From: Candidatus Babeliales bacterium
GTDB lineage: Bacteria; Babelota; Babeliae; Babelales; JANWKD01
Direction: 5' to 3'
Assembly: GCA_963722075.1 (NCBI GenBank)
Contig: CAVRJM010000001.1
Location: 1,344,001 to 1,408,000 of the forward strand
DNA length: 64,000 bases
Made by a program: the position numbers and the translations under genes. How positions within the stretch are numbered: the first letter of the stretch is position 1; each line of letters starts with the position of its first letter. This document shows positions 28,763 to 38,334 of the stretch, piece after piece. Under the pieces are notes generated by a model. It worked only from the letters and a program-made list of their open reading frames with translations. It ran no database searches and was not told where the DNA came from.

Positions 28763-30682
28763 ATGAGCGTAAAAAAAGTGAATTTTTATATTTTATTTTT
28801 TTTAATTACCAACATGTTTTCAATAATAAGATCTGATTTGCAAGATTCTATAAATAGCCTCAAAAATAGCTGGGACGGTGGAAAAAACTTTGTAGAGGGT
28901 ATGGTACGCGGTATAGTAGGTTCAGTAGGGGTTTGCTTTGAAGCTGATTGGTCACATTGCGTATATAGTCCGCGCATATGGAATGATTCACCAGGAGTGA
29001 TTTTTGTAGCTAAACAAGATTTAACTAAAGTGTTAGGTGCTGGATTTTCCGGTGGTTTAACGCGGCAGCAAGCCTTGTGGCCTTATACTGATACGGGAGC
29101 AGGTGATGGATCATGGTGGCATGAAGATTTAAATTTTATTTTGTGGTTATTACGGGCTAAAAATAATGGTGAGGATGAAGGATATTCTCAATATAAAACT
29201 AAAGTAAAAGATTATGCAGCAAAAGGAAGCGTTGTTCCTGGGTTTGGCTCAGCAATTGGTGCATTGGCTGGTAGCATTGTTACCACTGAAGAAATGGAAA
29301 AATATAGTTTTTTTGATAAAAAGCTTTCGCAGAGCCATGGCGATCCCGATAATTGGTATTATTATAGGGCATATACCTACCAAGGACAGCTTAAAGGCGA
29401 ATATTTAGGTATCAAAACAACAACACCTGAATTTAATGGCGTTTTTTATAACAGCTCAAAAGAACCCATTACGCTTGAATTTGCTAAGGATTCACAAAAT
29501 TATAAGGTGTTACTTGAAGCGGGCACCTTTAGCTTGCTTAATTCATCTTCATCAGTAACCAATTCAATTCGGCCTCCTGCCACACAAGAGCGTGCCTTTA
29601 CCTTTTACCAAGCAGACACGGTGATAGCTGCAATGCCAATTCGAGCAGAAGGAATTTGCAATATGCAAGAAGATGCTACTACTAAAAAAATGGTACCGGG
29701 TGCTCCTATGGTGTATACATATGAAATTGCTGATACGCAACAAGGACCGCAAGTTAGTTTGCAAGGGTTAGCTATTGGTAATTACGATCAACCCTTTGAT
29801 ACAACTGATCCTCAAAAAAGTGTGGTGCGTGATATTAATCCAATGCATTGTCATTTTTGGTATCAATCGGCGGCTCAGGCGCAAGCGGCTGCAAAAAGTG
29901 ATCAATTGTACTTAGATATTCCGGTACCATTATGGATTTTTTACAAAACAGCAGACTATAGTTATCAACAAAAGGTTAAACCGGAAGATGTTATTGATTT
30001 TAGTCTTATTCGTCCGCGCTTATCGGAAAAAAATGCCTGGTTATATGTAGTTGGCATCCAAACGACTGATGATACCAAAGCGGTACAGTTTTTAACTCGG
30101 TTAGCTGATGGTGTTATTGGTCAAGATTTAAAGGAACCAGTAACCGCAATAAACAATTTTAATGAAAATATGGTGTTGGTTAAAACATTACCAAATACGC
30201 ATGGGCTTATTGATGATAGCGCCGGCTCAGGAGTTAAGGGGTTTGTATTACTAGCAGATAACGTTACACCGCGCGGTGTTGGATACGGTCCTTTTTATTA
30301 TCAAATTAATCCTTGTATCGTGCAATTAGATCAATTAGCATCACTGCTTAGTTCCTATTTAAATAGTTCTTTATTTGCCAGTGCTGATGCGATGAATCAA
30401 GAAATAAATAAAAAAATTACCCAATGGGTTAAGCTTTATCCAACCGATAATAAGACCGTTGCATCCCAGCTTACTGATTTACTGACACAAAAAGGAATTG
30501 ATCAAATAATTACAAACACGGCAGCGCCACAGCGTACACTCAATGAATATGGTAAACAAGGAGTTACCACCTTAACATCCGGGCCAGTAAGTATTGCCAA
30601 TATACCAACCTTATATCAAGCGGGTTCTAATTTATATGTATACAATTTGGGAGCAGTCCCTGCTGGTTGGCCGAGTAAGTAG
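28763..30682 (+). CDS. Large hypothetical exported protein
   Basis: About 639-aa ORF, signal-peptide-like N-terminus. Confidence 0.75.
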   Translation: MSVKKVNFYILFFLITNMFSIIRSDLQDSINSLKNSWDGGKNFVEGMVRGIVGSVGVCFEADWSHCVYSPRIWNDSPGVIFVAKQDLTKVLGAGFSGGLTRQQALWPYTDTGAGDGSWWHEDLNFILWLLRAKNNGEDEGYSQYKTKVKDYAAKGSVVPGFGSAIGALAGSIVTTEEMEKYSFFDKKLSQSHGDPDNWYYYRAYTYQGQLKGEYLGIKTTTPEFNGVFYNSSKEPITLEFAKDSQNYKVLLEAGTFSLLNSSSSVTNSIRPPATQERAFTFYQADTVIAAMPIRAEGICNMQEDATTKKMVPGAPMVYTYEIADTQQGPQVSLQGLAIGNYDQPFDTTDPQKSVVRDINPMHCHFWYQSAAQAQAAAKSDQLYLDIPVPLWIFYKTADYSYQQKVKPEDVIDFSLIRPRLSEKNAWLYVVGIQTTDDTKAVQFLTRLADGVIGQDLKEPVTAINNFNENMVLVKTLPNTHGLIDDSAGSGVKGFVLLADNVTPRGVGYGPFYYQINPCIVQLDQLASLLSSYLNSSLFASADAMNQEINKKITQWVKLYPTDNKTVASQLTDLLTQKGIDQIITNTAAPQRTLNEYGKQGVTTLTSGPVSIANIPTLYQAGSNLYVYNLGAVPAGWPSK

Positions 30683-31474
30683 TTATACTAAACCTTCTTG
30701 TTTTGCTTTTTCATAAAGTTGCATTGCTTCTGTATGTATTTGATAGTGTGCGTTCCAAAATTTTACTATTACTGCTTGTTGTTGGTTCGAAGTTAACTTT
30801 TGGACTACCGGTTTGGAATCTGCTGCATTTGGTAACTCGTCAACGGACATATATTTAAGAATGGTAAAAGGGTCATGGTCAATTTTTTTTAAACAGCTTT
30901 TACACTCCCTATATTGTAATGAGAGGAGTGCTAAAATATGGGGGTACACGTTATCTTTATTTTGAAACATCCACTTATATTCTTTTATTGCTTTTTTATA
31001 AAGTTCTTTAATTTGTGGTATATATTCCTGAGCTTTTAATTGGCAATATTCCTCATATAATGAACGTATTCTTGTTAAAATATTTTTAGAGTGAGCAAAG
31101 TAATCTTTAAGAGCAGAATCAGTTGCATTTGTTTCTAAGAAAGTTAACAAATTGATATATCCTGATGTTCCTTGATGATATGATTGAAAGGCGCAGCCTA
31201 CATTATTGGAATCTTCACGAATACGGTGAATGAACTTCGATATGCTATATAATGCTTTTATAGCCTTTTTTATATTTTCCACCGGCATGCTTTTAGCATG
31301 TGAGGCAAGAAAATCTATTTCAAAATAAGCGAGTTCAGTTAGTAATCTCACTGTTCTATCACTATATATTAATAATTGTGGCTTGCTGGAAGGCTGCTTA
31401 GGATCTTCCATGCTATAAGCAAAAAAGATAGCAGAAAAAAAGAATAAGCTAGCAGTTTTTATTTTATAATTCAT
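30683..31474 (-). CDS. Hypothetical secreted helical protein
   Basis: Signal peptide ...AYSMEDP; leader shared with the neighbouring gene. Confidence 0.75.
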   Translation of the reverse strand: MNYKIKTASLFFFSAIFFAYSMEDPKQPSSKPQLLIYSDRTVRLLTELAYFEIDFLASHAKSMPVENIKKAIKALYSISKFIHRIREDSNNVGCAFQSYHQGTSGYINLLTFLETNATDSALKDYFAHSKNILTRIRSLYEEYCQLKAQEYIPQIKELYKKAIKEYKWMFQNKDNVYPHILALLSLQYRECKSCLKKIDHDPFTILKYMSVDELPNAADSKPVVQKLTSNQQQAVIVKFWNAHYQIHTEAMQLYEKAKQEGLV

Positions 31475-31527
31475 AATAAAGTCCCTATTAAACGTTTTTG
31501 ATTTTGTAGAAAGTGTTTTCTATATTT

Positions 31528-32355
31528 CTAATTATCGGTAGAAGAAAGGAGCCCCTCTAGCTCTGCTCTTTTCCTTAAGGTATCGACCTTATCGGATATT
31601 TTTTTTGCTTTTTCAGCATATTTTACCAATGAATTTTTGCGCTTTTCTTCTTTAAATTTAATAATTAATTCTTTACCAAAAGTAGTAAGTATAGAATCGG
31701 GATTGCAAATGGGAAATTTTTCCAAGACTTCTATAGATTTTTCAGAATCTCTTGTTACGATTGCCAAGAGATTCTTACATTCTTGATTTATTTTTGTAAT
31801 ATGCCAATCCACAATGGTGTTAGTGGCTTTTTTAGTGTTAAAATGACGTTCAATCCGTTCCAGCAGTGATTTAACTTCAGGAGCATAGCTTAACGATTTA
31901 AGCGCTCGATACTTCTCATATTGTGTATGTAATTGAAGTAAGAAAGCCTCGTGTTGAGAAAAATATTGTATTACCCAGGTGTTTTCTGAGGATTTTTCTT
32001 TTTTTTTAGAAGTCAGATTTAAATGCTCTTCTTTATGGGTATAAAAAAAGAATAACGTTGGGCCGGTTAACGTGTCAGGATCTGCTTCCAATTTAGTAAT
32101 GGCGCTTCTTAAAGCATGTGCGCCAAATATGGTATTTAGTGCAGATTCATAGTCTAGGTGTTCAAAAGGGCTTCTTTCTAAAGCATGAAGATCCTTAAGA
32201 ATATTTATGCTTTCATTGGTAATTTGTTGTAGTTGTACGCTAGAAGATTGTTTACGGAATGATTTTAAAGGGGCTTTGTTTGGATTTTCCATGCTGTATG
32301 CCAAAGCAGAAATGGCAAAAAAGAATAAACTAGATGATTTTATTTTATAATCCAT
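31528..32355 (-). CDS. Hypothetical secreted helical protein
   Basis: Signal peptide ...AYSMENP. Confidence 0.75.
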   Translation of the reverse strand: MDYKIKSSSLFFFAISALAYSMENPNKAPLKSFRKQSSSVQLQQITNESINILKDLHALERSPFEHLDYESALNTIFGAHALRSAITKLEADPDTLTGPTLFFFYTHKEEHLNLTSKKKEKSSENTWVIQYFSQHEAFLLQLHTQYEKYRALKSLSYAPEVKSLLERIERHFNTKKATNTIVDWHITKINQECKNLLAIVTRDSEKSIEVLEKFPICNPDSILTTFGKELIIKFKEEKRKNSLVKYAEKAKKISDKVDTLRKRAELEGLLSSTDN

Positions 32356-32383
32356 AATAAAGTCCCTGATAAAAATTTTTTCG

Positions 32384-33400
32384 TTATAAATTTTTTAATA
32401 GTTTATAAAGAGTTGTAGGAAATAGCAATGTATCGTTTATTATTTCTTTTTGATATAAAATAGTAACGTTTGTAGGATATAATTTTTTAAATGCACAGGC
32501 ATTAGTAACTTGATGATCGGTATAGGCGGTTTCTAAGGGAATGGTAATGCACGGTTTATTGAAAAATGCAATTTCAAACAAGGTGCCAGCGCCGGCGCGA
32601 CAAATAATTACGTCTGCAGCATTATAACAATCTTGAATAGTGTTAGAAAAAGTGAAAATGTAGGCAGCAATATTATTGTTGTTATAAAATGTTTGCCAAT
32701 CAAATGTATCTTGGTGTCCAATTTGGTGAATAAATTGGATATCTTGAGTATCTGCTGCCTGTTGGATCCATTTTTTTATACAGGTATTTAAAAAGAGTGA
32801 CCCTTGGGATCCACCCATGATAAAAATTGTTTTTTTAATGGGATTAAGCCCTAATTTTAGACGTGCGCGAGCAGATGGTATTTTTACAGAATTATTAAAC
32901 CGTAACGGATAATCAGTTAAAAGGCACGCGCGTGAAAAATGCCGCGTTGCCTCTTTAAAGCATACGGAGATTGAATGCGCAAAAGGAGCTAAAAAGGTAA
33001 TTGTTTTACCCGGAATAGCATTAAGTTCAATAAGTTCTATGGGAATTTGTAGAATTGCTCCGGCTAAACACACCGGAATTGATACCGCTCCTCCCATACT
33101 GATAATAGATGAGGGCCTTTTTTTAATTAAATAGTACAGTGCAATAAAAAATGAATAAATGCCACTTATTATAAAATGTATGTAGGAAAACCATTTCTTT
33201 TTATATAAAGAAGATAAGGGCAGATGAATTGAATAGGTAATAAAACTATTATTTTGCAGAATATTTTTATCCAATTCTTGTTGTGTTGAAAAAAAAAGAA
33301 TATCTGCTGAAGGATTTCGTTTGATTGTTTTTTGGGCATGCGTGATGCATGGTAATAAATGGCCGCCGGATTTACCGGCTACATAACAGATTGTATTCAT
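32384..33400 (-). CDS. murG: UDP-GlcNAc:lipid I transferase MurG
   Basis: GKSGGHLLP, GGAVS, ELNAIPG, GGSQGS, CRAGAGT, HQVTNA. Confidence 0.9.
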   Translation of the reverse strand: MNTICYVAGKSGGHLLPCITHAQKTIKRNPSADILFFSTQQELDKNILQNNSFITYSIHLPLSSLYKKKWFSYIHFIISGIYSFFIALYYLIKKRPSSIISMGGAVSIPVCLAGAILQIPIELIELNAIPGKTITFLAPFAHSISVCFKEATRHFSRACLLTDYPLRFNNSVKIPSARARLKLGLNPIKKTIFIMGGSQGSLFLNTCIKKWIQQAADTQDIQFIHQIGHQDTFDWQTFYNNNNIAAYIFTFSNTIQDCYNAADVIICRAGAGTLFEIAFFNKPCITIPLETAYTDHQVTNACAFKKLYPTNVTILYQKEIINDTLLFPTTLYKLLKNL

Positions 33401-33450
33401 ATTTAAACTTTTTTATTTCGTGCAAAAGTTCTACAATATCTAATATACTA

Positions 33451-33857
33451 GGTTCTGTTGAGTTATTGTAGAAGCATTATAAAATTAACTCAAAGTATTA
33501 AAAGATACTGGATCACCATGTCGCTACACTCCTCGTGACGACTTCGTCGAAAAAGCCGTCGTTGCGAGCTTGTCGAAGCAATCCAGGTTAAAATAAAAAC
33601 TTATAGGAAATAATACAGCAAGTTACTGAGATAAGTAAAAATTTATTTTATATAAAACTAATAAATAATTTTTTCATTGAATAAATTACTTAATAAATAA
33701 ATTTATGAAATAAATTGAAAAATTTTAATGAATACTGGATTGCTTCGGCAAGCTCGCAACGACGTAGATTTATAATTTTATATCACTTGAGCAAGATCCC
33801 TTTGCATATCTTAACAGGAACTTTAAACCTCAAACAAATATAAAACACAACAGAACC
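33451..33857. mobile_element. Non-autonomous MITE-like element with internal REPs
   Basis: Perfect 10-bp TIR GGTTCTGTTG/CAACAGAACC flanked by TA on both sides; REPs at 33508-33542, 33558-33587 and 33735-33763. Confidence 0.75.
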
Positions 33858-33956
33858 TAAGTTTTATGGTTATAACAAATGGATACCTTAAGGCTTTTGT
33901 ATTTCGTTTCATTGCTAGTATACTTATAATAAATATGTATGGTAAAAAGAAGTTAA

Positions 33957-35159
33957 ATGGGTGTTATGCGAATTTTTTATTTTCTATTAGCAATTATTCC
34001 AAGCGCGTCCAGCGCTCTTCATTATCCGCAACTTAATTATCCTTTTCATAATAGGAACCGGGTTCCTGCGCCCCCTATATCCTTGAATACGTTAACATTG
34101 GTTCCACATAATCAAGATCAGAATGATGTCGGGGTAATGATGGATGATTTAGCTGAATTGATCCATACTAATTTCCAATCAATTGAAGATGGCACGCATG
34201 TATTAATTAAAAATAAGGCAAATGGTGCCATAAAAAAGAAATACGCCGTACACAAAGGGATAAAGCTTGCTGAAAAGGAAAATTTTGTTACTGTTTTTTC
34301 CCGTGGTTTTGCACGAGAATCATCGCCAGCAAGTAAAGCTAGTCAAGATAAATTCTCCTATCAAACGATAATAAAATATCTAATTCCTAGCTTTAATATG
34401 CGTGGTCTTCAACGTAAGGGTGGTGGTTTTGTGAGCGCATCTGCCGCTTTGCGTAATAATCTCATTCATACGTCATGCGTCACTTTTGATTACCCTGATA
34501 CACGATCATTTATTGATTTTGCGCAACATAATGATTTGAAATGTCTCAACACCGTGATGCAACAAATTTCGGACAAGTATAAAATTATTTCTATGGGGGT
34601 AAGTCGCGGCGCAACCGCATCATTAAAATACGAGTTGAGTGGTGCTAAAAAGTCGGCGGTTCTTATTCTAGAATCTCCATTTGCTTCTATACAAAATGTA
34701 ATGAACCAATTAACAAAAAACTGCTTTTATTGTTTTCCTGGGATGCATACGCTGGTACAGCTCTCATTTAAATTACTATTTCCGCGTTATAAAACTGATT
34801 ATGATAATCTTTTTGATTTATTGCCGCAAATAAATCCACATATTCCTATACTAATAACCCATTTAGAAAATGATCTTTATATATCGGATAAAGCTATGTT
34901 TACCATGATAAATACCTTATCAAAATATAATCAGCATATTTATTTATTAGTGCTTACTGATGAAACTAATAAAGCAATACATGGGCGTTTAAGTTCGATT
35001 GAACCATATCAATGGGTGGTAAATGCGTTTTTAGAAAAAAATGGTATGCCGCATGATGAAAAGTTGGCAATAAAAGGAAAAGAACTATTAGAACGTGCTC
35101 AAGCCAATGCTTATGTTAATCATCACAAAGATTGGATTCTTACTGAATGTTACTCGTAG
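33957..35159 (+). CDS. Alpha/beta-hydrolase fold protein, secreted
   Basis: GVSRG nucleophile elbow, LESPF, downstream D and H. Confidence 0.75.
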   Translation: MGVMRIFYFLLAIIPSASSALHYPQLNYPFHNRNRVPAPPISLNTLTLVPHNQDQNDVGVMMDDLAELIHTNFQSIEDGTHVLIKNKANGAIKKKYAVHKGIKLAEKENFVTVFSRGFARESSPASKASQDKFSYQTIIKYLIPSFNMRGLQRKGGGFVSASAALRNNLIHTSCVTFDYPDTRSFIDFAQHNDLKCLNTVMQQISDKYKIISMGVSRGATASLKYELSGAKKSAVLILESPFASIQNVMNQLTKNCFYCFPGMHTLVQLSFKLLFPRYKTDYDNLFDLLPQINPHIPILITHLENDLYISDKAMFTMINTLSKYNQHIYLLVLTDETNKAIHGRLSSIEPYQWVVNAFLEKNGMPHDEKLAIKGKELLERAQANAYVNHHKDWILTECYS

Positions 35160-35250
35160 GTTGATTCTTTTGATAAAATGTAAGATATTATTTTTAGACT
35201 TTTGCATATAAGATCTACAAGCATGCATTCTTTTTTGAATATCTTACCCT

Positions 35251-37164
35251 ATGATTGCCCACGTTTTTATTACAATTCTTCTATCTGTATTTGCTACGGT
35301 TGTTATGAGTTATATTGCATTAGCAGCATCCATAGGCCCTTGGATAGAAACAACCTTAGTGTTATGTAGCATGGCACTATTCTATACCGTAGCGCGTACT
35401 AAATCTGCTCATGCATATCAGCAATCGGTAGGGCTTGCTACGGCAGCCGGTGGCATCGGTGGTATTTTGGCTACCGGATTAGCATTTTCTTTTCCCACGC
35501 TTTATTTTTTATCCCCTGAACTATTTATGCAGTGGATGAATAATCCGTTATTTTTTGCAACAACGGTAAGTTTTTTTTGCTTATCAGCAGGGAGCTTTGG
35601 ATTAATTATGGCTACTGTCTTTGAAGATAAGTTATTAATACAGCAAAAAATGAAATTCCCCATTGGAGAATTAGTATACGCTGCTTTATCAGCGCAGGGA
35701 CAATTAAAAAAAGCCTTAGAATTAGCGATTGGTTTTGCTAGTACTGTTTTTCTTTTAATCTATTATGCTACGAGTAATTTTTATACGGCAACCGTAATTG
35801 TGTGCAATCGATTTGCATGGTCATTTTTTACCTTTCCATCGATAGTTTTACCGCTTGAGCAGGTACCAATGTACCTTGCAGTAGGATTTGTTACTGGTCA
35901 TGTAATTGCCATACCATTACTTGTCGGTTTTTTATCTAAGATATTGTGTTTGGACCCGCTTTTTTATATCTATACTCATGCTGATACTGCATTGCATTCG
36001 CTCTTTTTTTCTGGATGGGCAAATACTCATTTATCAAACACAGAATTTACCTTGGCTTTTTGCAGTGGTATGGTGCTCTATGGTTCTATAATGGGTTTTT
36101 TAGATCCAATTAAAACGATAGGCGGCATACTCAATACGGTTAAAAACAAATGGAGTAGCCAACACACAGGATCAATACCTGCATGGCTTTATATGGGGGC
36201 AGTACTATCAATTTCGAGTATATTTTTATATACCTATTCTTTTAGCATTCTTCAATATTGTATTATCATATCCTTGGTAGTGCTCTGTATTTATATAAGT
36301 ATGGTATTAGCTGCTGGTGTAGGGGTTGTTTCTTTATGGGGCTTTATTCCCGTTGTTCGAATAGTGGCGTTAAATCAATTAGGTAAACATCTTATTGAAA
36401 AAATAGGATTTTTACTAACAAAACATGATACTTTTGGGAAAGAGATCCGGCTCCAAGCATTTTGTTCATTACTGATAACAACATCCTTTTTATGGTATTT
36501 TAAATTCACGTGGTTACAGCAAGGCTATTTATTAGTTGGTACTGCTATATGTATCTATCAAATGTTGATTATTGCAGGAAGGATGGGAATCATTCCCTTA
36601 GGAAGATTTGCTACCTTTGTTATGGTTCCTGGTATGTTATTATTTAATTTTGATCTTGTTCAAGTAACATTGGTGGCCGCATTTGTTGAAATTGCTGGCG
36701 GCGTTGCTGGCGATGTTCTTTTTGGTCGGAAATTAGCGCTGTTAACGCCGATTAATCATCGTACGATGGTACGTTATCAATGGTTGGGCCTCATCATTTC
36801 ATCAGTAGCAATTGGCATAATTTTTTGGCTGTTTATTCATAATTTAGGGCTTGGTCAAGAAACGGGACTTCCGGCTACTAAGGCAGCAAGTAGAGCGTTA
36901 TTAATTAATTTTAAGAGTTTTGATTGGGTGGTGCTTTGTTTAGGATTTTTATTTGGGTGGTGCCTTAAATATATAAAAATTAATCCAGCACTTTTACTCG
37001 GCGGTATTTTAATGCCACCGGCAATTTCATTGATGCTTATTACTGGCAGTTCGCTCACTTATTTTACTAACCGTAAAGAAGATTATTTTCCATTTTTCTC
37101 TGGGGTGTCTGCAGGAAATTCACTATGGATGCTTGCTGATATATTTATAGCTCTTTTTAAATAA
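35251..37164 (+). CDS. OPT/YSL-family-like oligopeptide transporter
   Basis: Polytopic membrane protein; MKFPIG, AGDVL..K and LPA motifs resembling OPT. Confidence 0.65.
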   Translation: MIAHVFITILLSVFATVVMSYIALAASIGPWIETTLVLCSMALFYTVARTKSAHAYQQSVGLATAAGGIGGILATGLAFSFPTLYFLSPELFMQWMNNPLFFATTVSFFCLSAGSFGLIMATVFEDKLLIQQKMKFPIGELVYAALSAQGQLKKALELAIGFASTVFLLIYYATSNFYTATVIVCNRFAWSFFTFPSIVLPLEQVPMYLAVGFVTGHVIAIPLLVGFLSKILCLDPLFYIYTHADTALHSLFFSGWANTHLSNTEFTLAFCSGMVLYGSIMGFLDPIKTIGGILNTVKNKWSSQHTGSIPAWLYMGAVLSISSIFLYTYSFSILQYCIIISLVVLCIYISMVLAAGVGVVSLWGFIPVVRIVALNQLGKHLIEKIGFLLTKHDTFGKEIRLQAFCSLLITTSFLWYFKFTWLQQGYLLVGTAICIYQMLIIAGRMGIIPLGRFATFVMVPGMLLFNFDLVQVTLVAAFVEIAGGVAGDVLFGRKLALLTPINHRTMVRYQWLGLIISSVAIGIIFWLFIHNLGLGQETGLPATKAASRALLINFKSFDWVVLCLGFLFGWCLKYIKINPALLLGGILMPPAISLMLITGSSLTYFTNRKEDYFPFFSGVSAGNSLWMLADIFIALFK

Positions 37165-37602
37165 CTATAATCGTGCGGTGAATTTGAAGATGATACCTTG
37201 TTCGTGCAAATCACTATTTAAAGAAATTGTCGTATCAAAAATGTCATGTGCATTTTTATAGAGTTTCTTATCCAAAGCAATTGATTGTAATTCATGTAAT
37301 AAAAAATTTTGAATTAAAATATAAAAATGCATTTTTTTATATACTTTTAGGGGATTTTTTTCTAATTTTTTGTGAAAGGCATAATTGTATTGTTTTAATT
37401 TTTTTAAGCGCAGTTGGCTTTTTTCCGGTATTCCTCTTGCCGTAAGAATAACGTTAATTATACAATTTGACTGCGATAAGATCTCCTTAAATTTTTTTAC
37501 AAATGCTTCGGTTTTTTTTGGGTTGATATATATTTCTAATGGTTCCATAGAAATAAGCGGGTAAAAAATACTGCATAAAATCAATAAAAAAAATAATTTC
37601 AT
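37165..37602 (-). CDS. Hypothetical secreted protein
   Basis: Signal peptide ...ISMEP; AGGAG upstream. Confidence 0.7.
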   Translation of the reverse strand: MKLFFLLILCSIFYPLISMEPLEIYINPKKTEAFVKKFKEILSQSNCIINVILTARGIPEKSQLRLKKLKQYNYAFHKKLEKNPLKVYKKMHFYILIQNFLLHELQSIALDKKLYKNAHDIFDTTISLNSDLHEQGIIFKFTARL

Positions 37603-37677
37603 TGTACTTAACTCCTTTATTATTTAAACTGTCACCAAATTTAAAACGTACCATAAACCATTTTAGTGATAATTACT

Positions 37678-38334
37678 ATGAATATGAGAAAAACATTTTT
37701 TTATTGTATTTTTGTTTCTTCCTCCCTTTATTGCATGGAATCGCAATTGCCGCTGGAAAGAATTACCAAAGGGGTAGCCACAATAACATTGGAAGAATCG
37801 GTTCGTTATGAGGATGCCTTTTCAGCAGCATGCTGTAATAGAATGAAGGCCTCTGAATTATCAATTGCCACAGATGAACCTATAACAAAAAATTCATATA
37901 CCAAGCTTCTTTGTAATAGATATATTGGCAACGGTAACTTTGATTTAGACTTGGTGGTCTTTGATTTTTTAGAAAAGATGCCTCGTGTTAACAGTACCAC
38001 ATTTCTTGATGGGCTATTGTGTGCAATAAAAAAAGAAGAAGAGAAAAAAAAAGAAAAAGGTGAAAAAATAGTAGAACGTAAAATTACCTATGAGAGATTG
38101 ATTGTAAACTACTTACAATATGCCATTATAAAGCATTGTTCAATAAATATATTAATGGTTATCCTTAGCTATTATCCCGATATAGAAAGTAGAGTGCTAA
38201 CATTTGATAAATATTGGCTTAATATGAAAAAAACGGTTATGGATGCCATTGGATTAGCGCTGTCTTGTGGTAATGAAGAAGCGGCGATCTTTTTGAGTAG
38301 TTTTAAAAATAAAGAAATGAACTTATTTCCTTAA
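37678..38334 (+). CDS. Hypothetical secreted protein (possible ankyrin-like C-terminus)
   Basis: Signal peptide ...YCMES; start uncertain. Confidence 0.65.
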   Translation: MNMRKTFFYCIFVSSSLYCMESQLPLERITKGVATITLEESVRYEDAFSAACCNRMKASELSIATDEPITKNSYTKLLCNRYIGNGNFDLDLVVFDFLEKMPRVNSTTFLDGLLCAIKKEEEKKKEKGEKIVERKITYERLIVNYLQYAIIKHCSINILMVILSYYPDIESRVLTFDKYWLNMKKTVMDAIGLALSCGNEEAAIFLSSFKNKEMNLFP

